From the IMG/VR virus record IMGVR_UViG_3300033061_001070, positions 3,622 to 67,621 of that record: DNA of 64,000 bases; one strand, 5' to 3'. Shown here one piece after another: positions 18,009 to 26,744 of this stretch; the stretch's first letter is position 1; each line of letters begins with the position of its first letter. The notes under the pieces were generated by a model. That model saw nothing but the letters and a program-made list of their open reading frames with translations, did no database searches and was not told where the DNA came from. Position numbers and translations under genes: made by a program. The stretch comes from a virus (taxonomy: Duplodnaviria; Caudoviricetes).

Positions 18009-18638
18009 ATGTCAGTCTTAATATCAGATATAGATTATAAAGAATTTAGGATATTACAAGACAACTCTATTTTTCAGCGGAAACTAAACTCTGTTCGAGG
18101 AATGAATAAATTGGAATATGATATAGATATTCCAATGAAATGTCTTATTGCTATGTTTACTCTATTAGGTTGTGAAACTAGGTGGTGCTGTTGCGGTTTT
18201 GATTATGAAAGTCAACCTATGCATAAGACACATGAATATGGGAATGTGTTTATAATATTTCATTCTACAAAAAGAATAAAAGAAATTATAAATGCCCTAA
18301 TAATAAAGGAGATAGTAGTAAATAGAGGCAGTAAAACGGACAAATGGGAATATTGGGAAATGGGAGATGCTATTTATCTGCGTTCCGATTTTGATTATTA
18401 CCATGAAGAAAGTAAATATCCTTGGTCAATAAAATCATGTATTCACTACCCTGAATTATCTTTAATCAAGATAGATGAATTGGAAAAAGCATTAGTTATT
18501 AATTTCAAAGGTGAGTTTGCTGATGAGGCTACATTATCAGATGCCAATAAGATAAGTAAATCCATAATGAAAAATTGGCAATATCCAATACTTGAAGATT
18601 GGATAATTAAAAAGTCAGACATATTTAATAAGGAATAG
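18009..18638 (+). CDS. Hypothetical protein
   Basis: ORF with likely ATG 18009; ETRWCCCG motif. Confidence 0.6.
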   Translation: MSVLISDIDYKEFRILQDNSIFQRKLNSVRGMNKLEYDIDIPMKCLIAMFTLLGCETRWCCCGFDYESQPMHKTHEYGNVFIIFHSTKRIKEIINALIIKEIVVNRGSKTDKWEYWEMGDAIYLRSDFDYYHEESKYPWSIKSCIHYPELSLIKIDELEKALVINFKGEFADEATLSDANKISKSIMKNWQYPILEDWIIKKSDIFNKE

Positions 18639-18640
18639 AA

Positions 18641-19165
18641 ATGATAACTAATCCCAGATTATTTGGAATACCTATAGCCCAAAGATGGGATCAATTGGCT
18701 GTCTTATTTGAGGATATTGAAACTTATAAGGTCAATGTAGTTGTTGAGATTGGTCTATTCTGTGGTGGATTAGCCGATTTATTCCTAATTCGTCAGCAAC
18801 TTGTCCCCGACTTTCATTACTTTGGAGTAGAATTTGATCCATCATTCCTTGCTCCTAGATTGCGAGGGCGACCAGAAATAATGATTAGGGATGCCTTCGA
18901 TAGTAACACCGTGTCAATGGTACAGTCCAAAATTGCACAGTATAAAACTGCGCTTATCTACTGTGATGATGGAAACAAACCCAAAGAGATGAATACATAT
19001 GCCCTAATTCTACGGGTAGGGGATTTACTTATGGTACATGATGTTACTACAGAGGTTACATTTGATGATTTAGATAACTTTGGTAGGGATTTTTCATCCC
19101 TAGAAGAATTAGAACCAAATGACCATCGAGGAGTTTGCATGTCTTTATGGAGGAGATTTTATTAA
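18641..19165 (+). CDS. Class I SAM-dependent methyltransferase (CmcI/sugar O-methyltransferase-like)
   Basis: VVVEIGLFCGG, VEFD, IYCDDGNK, LRVGDLLMVHD. Confidence 0.7.
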   Translation: MITNPRLFGIPIAQRWDQLAVLFEDIETYKVNVVVEIGLFCGGLADLFLIRQQLVPDFHYFGVEFDPSFLAPRLRGRPEIMIRDAFDSNTVSMVQSKIAQYKTALIYCDDGNKPKEMNTYALILRVGDLLMVHDVTTEVTFDDLDNFGRDFSSLEELEPNDHRGVCMSLWRRFY

Positions 19166-19783
19166 ATGGACAACTGGAATAGAAACAAATACGAATATTT
19201 CAAGGACTATGTTAAACCTACCAAACTACCCAAGGAACATTTTGATGATTGGGTGAAATATTATAAGGCATGGGATGGGGCAGGTATAGCCCAACTCCCT
19301 GAGCAGGTTAGGTTATTGCTTAAGATAGTTGAAGATTTTGAGATACAAACTGTCATTGAGTTAGGAATTATGGGTGGCGGTATGTCCTTGATGATGCTAG
19401 ACAGGAAGGCGGCATATCCTGGATTTGAATATTATGGAGTAGAGATAGAGACAACCTATATCCATGAGAAAGTTAGACACAGACCAGAGATTATTATTGG
19501 GGACGTGTTTGATGCAAATATTTGGTGGCGAATAAATAATATAATTCAGGATGCTTCTGGAACTGTCTTAGTATTCTGTGATAATGGAAATAAACCTGAA
19601 GAATTACATAAATATGCGCCCCTGATACGAGTTGGAGATTATATTATGGCACATGATTATCCTGGCGAAGTAAATGATGAGTTTCTAAGTACTTTTTATA
19701 ATACAAGCCCCCTAAGTTTATATGAAGTTGATCGCCAACTTTATAGAGATTATGGATATGTTTTATTTAGGAGGATGATATGA
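19166..19783 (+). CDS. Class I SAM-dependent methyltransferase, paralog of the upstream gene
   Basis: TVIELGIMGGG, GVEI, VFCDNGNKP, IRVGDYIMAHD. Confidence 0.7.
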   Translation: MDNWNRNKYEYFKDYVKPTKLPKEHFDDWVKYYKAWDGAGIAQLPEQVRLLLKIVEDFEIQTVIELGIMGGGMSLMMLDRKAAYPGFEYYGVEIETTYIHEKVRHRPEIIIGDVFDANIWWRINNIIQDASGTVLVFCDNGNKPEELHKYAPLIRVGDYIMAHDYPGEVNDEFLSTFYNTSPLSLYEVDRQLYRDYGYVLFRRMI

Positions 19784-20526
19784 GAATAATTGTATGTGTT
19801 AGAACATTAAATGAAGCAGAACGGATTGAGAAGTTCTGTCATAGTTATCCATTCGCTGACAAAATCTTGATCGCTGATGGAGGTTCGGAGGATAGGACTG
19901 TAGAGATTGCATGGAAGCAACCAAGGACATTTGTTAGGGATTATCTTCTCAAGGTGGAGTGTAAGAATGGAATATGGAGAAATCCTGATGGACTTCACCT
20001 TCAATTCCTTTTCGATTGGGCAGTAGATGAAGGCGCAGATTGGATTATTTCCCAAGATTGTGACCAGCGACCCAATAAAATTCTGAAGAATGTCATCCGA
20101 GATGTTCTATCCAAAACAGATATGGATTTCATCACGGCAACTCAAGTATTTCGATGGGGTAAAGACCAATATTTTCCAGCTTTCTCTACCAAAAATGGGA
20201 ATATGTACCTAGAAGATGCCAATAAAGAGAAATGGTATCAAGGAATGTGGGCATGGAGAGCAAATATAGGATTGAAAGTAGTAGATGCTATGCCCCATTA
20301 TTTCTTCAACTTCGATGGAAGTAAGAATATGTTAGACATTGATAAGACAGGCAGATGTTTTAGGATATATCCTCCTGCCTGCTTTATGCATTATGGATGG
20401 ATAACACCAGAGATGACAGAGGCACACATGGAATATTATCGCAAGTCTGGTCTCATTCCTGGTCAGTTACATCCATTACAAATGTGCGGTGCGCCTGCGC
20501 CATTACTTGATTGGATGGTAGAATGA
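19780..20526 (+). CDS. Glycosyltransferase family 2
   Basis: IIVCVRTLNEAERI..ILIADGGSED..DWIISQDCDQ. Confidence 0.8.
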   Translation: MRIIVCVRTLNEAERIEKFCHSYPFADKILIADGGSEDRTVEIAWKQPRTFVRDYLLKVECKNGIWRNPDGLHLQFLFDWAVDEGADWIISQDCDQRPNKILKNVIRDVLSKTDMDFITATQVFRWGKDQYFPAFSTKNGNMYLEDANKEKWYQGMWAWRANIGLKVVDAMPHYFFNFDGSKNMLDIDKTGRCFRIYPPACFMHYGWITPEMTEAHMEYYRKSGLIPGQLHPLQMCGAPAPLLDWMVE

Positions 20527-21248
20527 AATATAATTGTAGATTTAACCCCACCATTTCAGGTAATCTTCATTGTGGTCATTTATATACTGCCCTTGTCAAT
20601 GCTAGAGAGGCGCATAAATCCAATGGAGAATTTATCCTACGCATTGATGATACCCAAGAATATTGGAATAAGCAATTAGGCAGTACACTTGTCAAACAAC
20701 TTGGGAATGATTACATAGATGAACTTAGCCAGTTTATGTTCATTGATAAGATTGAATGGCAGAGTGAACTTCCTTGTTTTGCTTATACCAATGAAGTACA
20801 AGGATTAAATGGATGGGTACATCATCCATCATTTATACATGATGATGTCCCTGAATGGATACCCGATCCTAACACAATATTGTATCCCTTTACTGCTTGG
20901 TACACATTTGAGAAGGTATTATGGGATTATGTAGATAAAGTCAATTGGCTAATTCGTGGGGAGGATTTGATTACGGAGTTCTCATTGTATGAATTTTTCA
21001 GGGATGCTTTACACCTGCCTCGTGTAAGACATACTTATCTTCCGAGGTTACGAACTGAGGAACAGAAGGAATTGGCAGGAGTATCTAAAACATTTGGCTC
21101 ATATAAATTATGTGACCAATTGAAATTATTTGGGGTTGATGGTACACTAGATTATCTTAGGCAATCATGTCTTATTAATGTAGATGGAGATTTTGAGGTA
21201 GCGAATATAAAATGTCGCCCTACTATCGTTGGCTTCGTGCCTCACTAG
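20523..21248 (+). CDS. Minimal glutamyl-tRNA synthetase-like protein (catalytic domain only; GluQ-RS-like)
   Basis: RFNPTISGNLHCGH (HIGH), FILRIDDT, NWLIRGEDL, YLPRL..GVSKT (KMSKS-like); no anticodon-binding domain. Confidence 0.8.
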   Translation: MKYNCRFNPTISGNLHCGHLYTALVNAREAHKSNGEFILRIDDTQEYWNKQLGSTLVKQLGNDYIDELSQFMFIDKIEWQSELPCFAYTNEVQGLNGWVHHPSFIHDDVPEWIPDPNTILYPFTAWYTFEKVLWDYVDKVNWLIRGEDLITEFSLYEFFRDALHLPRVRHTYLPRLRTEEQKELAGVSKTFGSYKLCDQLKLFGVDGTLDYLRQSCLINVDGDFEVANIKCRPTIVGFVPH

Positions 21249-22186
21249 GTAAGAGGGAGACAGGAATTATAATTTCAATTATTATACTTGTGAGTATATT
21301 CTCGATAGTTAATCCTGCCTTCCTCAAAATAGATAATCTAACTGCTATCCTCAGAGCTTGTGCCTTTATTGGTATAACCTCTGTAGGTATGGCTTTCCTA
21401 TTAATCTCTGGCATGATAGATTTATCTGTAGGAAGCACAGCGGGATTGGCGGCGATTGTAACAAGTTATCTGATAGTCAAATCTGGCTTCCCTATTCTGC
21501 CTAGTTATGTGGTAGGATTAATGGTTGGTGGAATAATTGGATGGATAAATTATACAATCATATTCAAAATGAAAATACCCGCGTTCCTCGCAACCATCGG
21601 GACAATGTATGCAGTTCGTGGAATAGCTCAGTTCATCTCCAATGGCTATACAATTTATCCCTTACCAAAAGTGGTAGAGAGTTTGGGTTCGGCACAACCA
21701 TTTGCTTTGTCGTATCATCTACTTATATTTGTGCTATTGGTTATTGGGGCAGAGATAATCCTAAACCAAACAATATGGGGACTATGCGTGAGGGCAACAG
21801 GAAGCGATAGAGAGATTGCTAGAATGACAGAAGTAAACGTAACTGCAATCAACTTATCTACTTTTATTATCGCTGGAATTATGGCAGCATTAGCGGGGTT
21901 ATTATTAATGTCGCGAGTAATTACGGGACACCCTAACATGGGCGCAGGTTATGAATTGCAATCTATAACTGCATGTGCTATTGGGGGTGTATCTTTATCA
22001 GGTTACGAAGGAGGCTTTATCGGAGTATTTCTCGGAGTGTTAGCAATACAGATTATCAACAATGGAATGGTTACATCAGGGGTTTCTGTCTACCTGCAAA
22101 ATGTGGTAGTAGGAATGTTATTAATTATCATCGCCGCCATAGATTTCCAGAGGCGGCAACAACTTAATATAGGAGATAACAGATGA
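21212..22186 (+). CDS. Sugar ABC transporter permease (RbsC/CUT2 family)
   Basis: ISGMIDLSVGS, GTMYAVRGIA, ATGSDRE, GYELQSITACAIGGVSLSG; highly hydrophobic. Confidence 0.9.
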   Translation: MSPYYRWLRASLGKRETGIIISIIILVSIFSIVNPAFLKIDNLTAILRACAFIGITSVGMAFLLISGMIDLSVGSTAGLAAIVTSYLIVKSGFPILPSYVVGLMVGGIIGWINYTIIFKMKIPAFLATIGTMYAVRGIAQFISNGYTIYPLPKVVESLGSAQPFALSYHLLIFVLLVIGAEIILNQTIWGLCVRATGSDREIARMTEVNVTAINLSTFIIAGIMAALAGLLLMSRVITGHPNMGAGYELQSITACAIGGVSLSGYEGGFIGVFLGVLAIQIINNGMVTSGVSVYLQNVVVGMLLIIIAAIDFQRRQQLNIGDNR

Positions 22187-23202
22187 ACACAAAATTTGAG
22201 CATCTTATCTATGTCGCTCTCATTCTTATTTTACTTGCAGGGATTGTCGTGATTTGGCGAGGTGTAGGAACTGCGCCAAAGACTACAGAAAATGTCTTTG
22301 CCAAGGCGCAAAATGGTAAGCCATTCTATATGACTGGTACAAATCGTAGCCATCCAGTAGTCCGAATTATGGAGGCAGGATTTCAAGCCGCCTGTGATGA
22401 TTATGGTCTTACTTGCCAACTGTTGGGCGTAGAAGGTGAGGACATTCCTGGAAAGATTGCTAGAATGGAACAGGGAATTGCTCTTGGTTCAAGCGGCATC
22501 GTAGATACAGTACATGATAAAGCGGAGATTGCTTCTGCACTCAAGGCTGTACAAGCAGATATCCCAATCATCAATGCCCACTTTCCAATCGTACAAGGCG
22601 ACATACCCGGATTGCTGGCATGGGTAGCCCCCAATAATGTTGCTTATGCGGCAAGTGCGGCGGTTGCAATGGCTGATAAACTGCAATGTAAAGGCAAAGT
22701 TAGTGTTACTCAAGGTGGATTGAATGAAGGCGAGAACGCAGTATCCAAATCCTTTATCGAGACCTTGAAAGCGACCTGCCTTGACATTGTTGTTCTTGAT
22801 GTCCAGATTGAGAATTATGATCCTGCACAAGCTGAAGCGGCTACTACTGCAATCATCCAAGCCAATCCAGATTTATCTGGTGCATTCAGCACGACTGGTG
22901 GTGGGGCAAAAGCCTGGGCGAATGGACTTGAAGCATCAGGCAAGAAACCTGGAGAAGTTGTAGTTATGGGTATGGACGCTAGCCGCGAAAATCTTGATTT
23001 ATTGAGGAGTGGCAAGGTCTATATGCTTGTGGGACAACCTTTATATGAGGAATTTTACCTTTCAGTTGTCCTACTTACGCAGAAGGCTATGGGATTTCCT
23101 GTACCGTATGGCAATGAACTTCCAGCACCATTGATTACCAAAGATACAGTAGATAGGTACTATCATATTAATGACCTTGCTGAGGCAGTTGTAATCAAGT
23201 AA
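22183..23202 (+). CDS. Sugar ABC transporter substrate-binding protein (RbsB/CUT2 family)
   Basis: N-terminal TM anchor; HPVVRIMEAGFQAAC, AIIQANPDLSGAF, VVVMGMDA..LDLLRSG..LVGQPLYEEFY. Confidence 0.85.
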   Translation: MNTKFEHLIYVALILILLAGIVVIWRGVGTAPKTTENVFAKAQNGKPFYMTGTNRSHPVVRIMEAGFQAACDDYGLTCQLLGVEGEDIPGKIARMEQGIALGSSGIVDTVHDKAEIASALKAVQADIPIINAHFPIVQGDIPGLLAWVAPNNVAYAASAAVAMADKLQCKGKVSVTQGGLNEGENAVSKSFIETLKATCLDIVVLDVQIENYDPAQAEAATTAIIQANPDLSGAFSTTGGGAKAWANGLEASGKKPGEVVVMGMDASRENLDLLRSGKVYMLVGQPLYEEFYLSVVLLTQKAMGFPVPYGNELPAPLITKDTVDRYYHINDLAEAVVIK

Positions 23203-23213
23203 GGATAATCACT

Positions 23214-23261
23214 ATAACTTACGACTAAGGGGAGAGGAAATAAACTCTCCCCAAAAGTTAT
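23214..23261. terminator. Hairpin terminator after the binding-protein gene
   Basis: GGGGAGAG/CTCTCCCC (23229-52) flanked by ATAACTT/AAGTTAT. Confidence 0.6.
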
Positions 23262-23324
23262 GTTAGATGTATAAAATAGTTTCAAAGGTGTATTTTTTGG
23301 TGCATAGAACCTAAAGGATAAAAT

Positions 23325-23516
23325 ATGAAAATTCAAATAGATAATGCTTATGTAATAGAATATGGTGAGGCTAATTTATATCAATCTTATTTTCTTGAGT
23401 TTGATCTTATGGATGATATGATTTCTAATGTGGAAGAATGGAATAACTTCTTCAAATCTCTTAAAAATGGAAAGTCAGTTACATTAACTATTGAACAAAA
23501 AGATGAAGAACTGTGA
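23325..23516 (+). CDS. Hypothetical protein
   Basis: 63 aa, AAGGA SD. Confidence 0.5.
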   Translation: MKIQIDNAYVIEYGEANLYQSYFLEFDLMDDMISNVEEWNNFFKSLKNGKSVTLTIEQKDEEL

Positions 23517-24541
23517 CCTTTCTGAATAGTGCCGACTTTCTTATCTTAATGAACCCCAACCCACGGGCTGAGGCGGCAGGGAGTTCTTTCATATATGTCC
23601 CTACCTTAGAGGATAGAATTAGATATAGAGAGGCAGGTATCCAGACTGCAATAGAATATCCACAATGGTACGCATTAGAGCCATCTAAAGGTCAATATGA
23701 TTTCTCTCATGTCGAAGAAATTCTGAGATTGAATCGGGAAGCAGGGATGAAAACTATCTTTGCCATCCCTGGCTTTGTCAATCCAGAATGGATGCCCGAT
23801 GAATGGTTTATCAAGAGTATAGAAGGAAAAATTGATAGGCGGGTTCTATCTTTTTGGAATATAGATGCACAAGCATATTTGATACATTATTGTGTCTCAC
23901 TTATCAAGAAATATGGTGCAGAAGATGTTTTGTTTATCTTTAGTGAGAGTGAGAATGGTGAGAATAACTTACCAACTACACCAAGTTTCTATGATGACCA
24001 TGCATTAGCAGAGTATAGAAGCATATATGGCTCGCTGGCGTACCCTGATATTAATAATATAACTTCATATCCACAGACAAAAGAATGGTTGCGGAAATCT
24101 GCACTTGCTCATCACATGGAATTACAGGGGGTTTTCTACCCGCAGAAGAAAGAAATCTGGAACATGATGCAATGGCTATATGACCAATGGTCGAAGGCTA
24201 CGTTGAACTTTGTCCAACTAGAATTAATGCAGTTATATAAACAAGTATGGAGAGATGTTGAAATTGTCCTGCTTCAATATACATTTTTTGATGATGCGCA
24301 TACAGATGAGAATGCAGAATATGTGGATAGATTAATGAAAAAGACACCGTGTCAAGTAATTGTTGAAGCACATTTCGCTAGTGGACTAAAGATAACAACT
24401 CCTCAAGCAATTGCTAAGGGGTTTAGGGGACAGATAATCTGCCCTACCCATCCACAATCGGGGAAGAATAAACTAGAACAATGGATGCTAGAGGAGATTA
24501 AGAAGTCTAATGAACTATGGCTTCAATCTACGGGGCAATAA
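23513..24541 (+). CDS. Glycoside hydrolase, TIM-barrel (GH42/GH14-like)
   Basis: QWYALEPSKGQYDFS..EAGMKTIF..PEWMPDEW, SFWN motifs. Confidence 0.65.
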   Translation: MTFLNSADFLILMNPNPRAEAAGSSFIYVPTLEDRIRYREAGIQTAIEYPQWYALEPSKGQYDFSHVEEILRLNREAGMKTIFAIPGFVNPEWMPDEWFIKSIEGKIDRRVLSFWNIDAQAYLIHYCVSLIKKYGAEDVLFIFSESENGENNLPTTPSFYDDHALAEYRSIYGSLAYPDINNITSYPQTKEWLRKSALAHHMELQGVFYPQKKEIWNMMQWLYDQWSKATLNFVQLELMQLYKQVWRDVEIVLLQYTFFDDAHTDENAEYVDRLMKKTPCQVIVEAHFASGLKITTPQAIAKGFRGQIICPTHPQSGKNKLEQWMLEEIKKSNELWLQSTGQ

Positions 24542-24753
24542 ATCTTTACTCGATTTTTCCCATATCGAAAAATAAGTTTACCTTCCCTCACTAGGCGATT
24601 GAGGAATTTTTTAGTTATAGTATAAGATATATCCCGTTCTTTCATAACCATGCGGATAGTTTTCTCTCCTAATTGAATTTCTTCTGCATTCAAATCTGCA
24701 TAGATTTCTTCCCAAATTTTGTTTTTTCTTTCCTCATCTAATTCTAATGTCAT
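24523..24753 (-). CDS. Small winged-helix-like protein
   Basis: KERDISYTITKKFLNRLVREGKL pattern. Confidence 0.5.
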   Translation of the reverse strand: MTLELDEERKNKIWEEIYADLNAEEIQLGEKTIRMVMKERDISYTITKKFLNRLVREGKLIFRYGKNRVKIYCPVD

Positions 24754-25622
24754 AGTAAGGTTTCCTTCGTTCTAATATCTATTGTCTGAATAAATGGATG
24801 AGTATCATAGATTTTCCCATTTATTATCTCAAATGCAACCAAGCCCGTTGTTTGTTTGAACTCACTTCTTCCTGCGCTACGAGTATAATCATCTTTGAAA
24901 GTAAAGCCAGGAAGCAGGACAATCCAACTTTCATATCCTTTCCCATTGGCTCTAATCTCTATCCATTCTCGTCTATATGTATGGTAATGTCCACGCAAGA
25001 ATAGGTCAGCAGGAGAATTTCCACTCATTATTTCTCTCATCATAATAGAGCGCAAATAGTAACGTAACTCATTTCCTTCTAGCCATGTTCTACCGCCTAT
25101 ATTCGGGCCGCGATGGGCATAATCTACATTAGTCCCTCTAATGGATGCCAACCCATGATGGATAACCCCAATATCTATCTTGGGATATTTGGCTCTTAGG
25201 GTCTCAGCAATTATAGTAGATGCTGAACCTTCCCCTAATTCATGAATGGATGTCCCCACAGTAAATCGCAGAGATTTTACATTCTTATGCTTCAATACCG
25301 TCTCAAGATTAGCTATTGCAATCAGAAGTTGATCTGATGTTCGACTACCCATTATCTCAAATCCATTACGAGTTCCTTGTATGGGGTCTCCATTATGGAT
25401 TACTACTATATCATCATTACCTGCCAATTTGATTGTCTCACTTGTTCCCCATTCTAATACTTCATACATATATTTTTGGGTCTCACTAAGTTGGGGATGG
25501 TACTTTGTTATTACTCCATTTTGGTTTTCCTCTAGGACTGTATGAGGAGAACATAGACCAAGTTTATGTCCCGCGTGTGTATCGCTAAGGGCAAGCAAAA
25601 TCGTTCGCTCATATTTTTTCAA
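24750..25622 (-). CDS. Calcineurin-like metallophosphoesterase
   Basis: LSDTHAGH, NGDPIQG, VGTSIH, LRGHYH motifs. Confidence 0.8.
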   Translation of the reverse strand: MKKYERTILLALSDTHAGHKLGLCSPHTVLEENQNGVITKYHPQLSETQKYMYEVLEWGTSETIKLAGNDDIVVIHNGDPIQGTRNGFEIMGSRTSDQLLIAIANLETVLKHKNVKSLRFTVGTSIHELGEGSASTIIAETLRAKYPKIDIGVIHHGLASIRGTNVDYAHRGPNIGGRTWLEGNELRYYLRSIMMREIMSGNSPADLFLRGHYHTYRREWIEIRANGKGYESWIVLLPGFTFKDDYTRSAGRSEFKQTTGLVAFEIINGKIYDTHPFIQTIDIRTKETLL

Positions 25623-25635
25623 TTTTTAGATGCTC

Positions 25636-26421
25636 CTATTTGATTAGATTCCATCCATGAAATTGTGCTTCCCGCCATAAAATTTCGTGTATTTCTTCGT
25701 GTGTATAAATAGGTTGGGGAGGACTTCCGCTTATATGTGTGCTAAATTGTATATCAAATTGCTCTGCCGTGCCTTTATACCAATCTAAATCTATATCTGC
25801 GGATTCTGCCCCATAAATCTTTCCTTGTTTGTTCCCTCCGGCGGATTTTTGCCAGAATGTTTCACCAACTTCTCGCCAATCCTCAGGGATGCGTTCGATT
25901 GGTACATTAGGATAGTTTATATCAAACGGATACCATGCTACCCATAGAGGATAGGTTTTCCATTCACTCCAATGTAAGACATAAGTATCCCACCAAGTTT
26001 GACGAGTGTAATTGAATGGATTGCGCCCATCTCTGTAGGCGGTTTCCTTGAAGCAACTCTGCAAACAAGAAGTAACCTGTTTTGCAGTTAGAAGGTCAGA
26101 TAATTCACAATCCATTGCTAGAGGAATGTCGGATTTCCGACTTCCTAAAGTCGTAAGGAATTTATTTATCTGTGAGGAATAAGAATGAGAGGGCTTCACC
26201 ACATGATAAGGAACAGGGATGAAGCCTTTTTGTTTTGCTGTGTCATAGTTTATTTCAAATGTGGGGTCAGAATAATAATTCCCTACCGTAGCCCGAATAC
26301 CCGCTACGCGTATGCCCATCGCCCATGCTTTATCCCAATCTATTGTATGCCAAGGCTGTCCTAGGTTGGGAGGAATTATCTGATACCTGGAAATATCAAA
26401 TATAAATGGCTGTTTCAGCAT
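25636..26421 (-). CDS. Endolysin, GH25 muramidase
   Basis: FDISRYQ, IDW, IRATVG, YH, PLAMDCE, LWVAWY, FWQ, DIDLD motifs. Confidence 0.88.
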   Translation of the reverse strand: MLKQPFIFDISRYQIIPPNLGQPWHTIDWDKAWAMGIRVAGIRATVGNYYSDPTFEINYDTAKQKGFIPVPYHVVKPSHSYSSQINKFLTTLGSRKSDIPLAMDCELSDLLTAKQVTSCLQSCFKETAYRDGRNPFNYTRQTWWDTYVLHWSEWKTYPLWVAWYPFDINYPNVPIERIPEDWREVGETFWQKSAGGNKQGKIYGAESADIDLDWYKGTAEQFDIQFSTHISGSPPQPIYTHEEIHEILWREAQFHGWNLIK

Positions 26422-26715
26422 TTATTTCTGTATCCAATACGCGAGGTAATCTGAACTACCACTCCCATTTAGGACATACAGATTGTTCAGATTATCAATT
26501 CCAAACCAACCTGTATCAACACTAGCATCAATTTCCCATGTGCAACTGGAAGTTGAATGACCAATAAAGAATGACCCTTTATTAGCCGTATAAGCCACTA
26601 ATCGAGCCAATTCACAAGGAACGTCTGGAAATTGGGCAACACTTGAACCCGTGATAATCCCAAAGACATTATATTCAAAGGGATTAGAAAAGTTTACTCT
26701 AAAACTAGCACCCAT
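26422..26715 (-). CDS. Small beta-rich virion-associated protein
   Basis: 97 aa at the end of the tail module. Confidence 0.55.
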   Translation of the reverse strand: MGASFRVNFSNPFEYNVFGIITGSSVAQFPDVPCELARLVAYTANKGSFFIGHSTSSCTWEIDASVDTGWFGIDNLNNLYVLNGSGSSDYLAYWIQK

Positions 26716-26744
26716 TGTTGTTTTCTCCTATCTCCTATTATACC

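Noticed and set aside
18641-24541. Host chromosomal DNA flanking a prophage
   Set aside because: The genes are translationally coupled to phage replication genes, carry the same palindrome (18904, 24342) and abut the late arm with no att or integrase; a chimera still needs exclusion by read mapping
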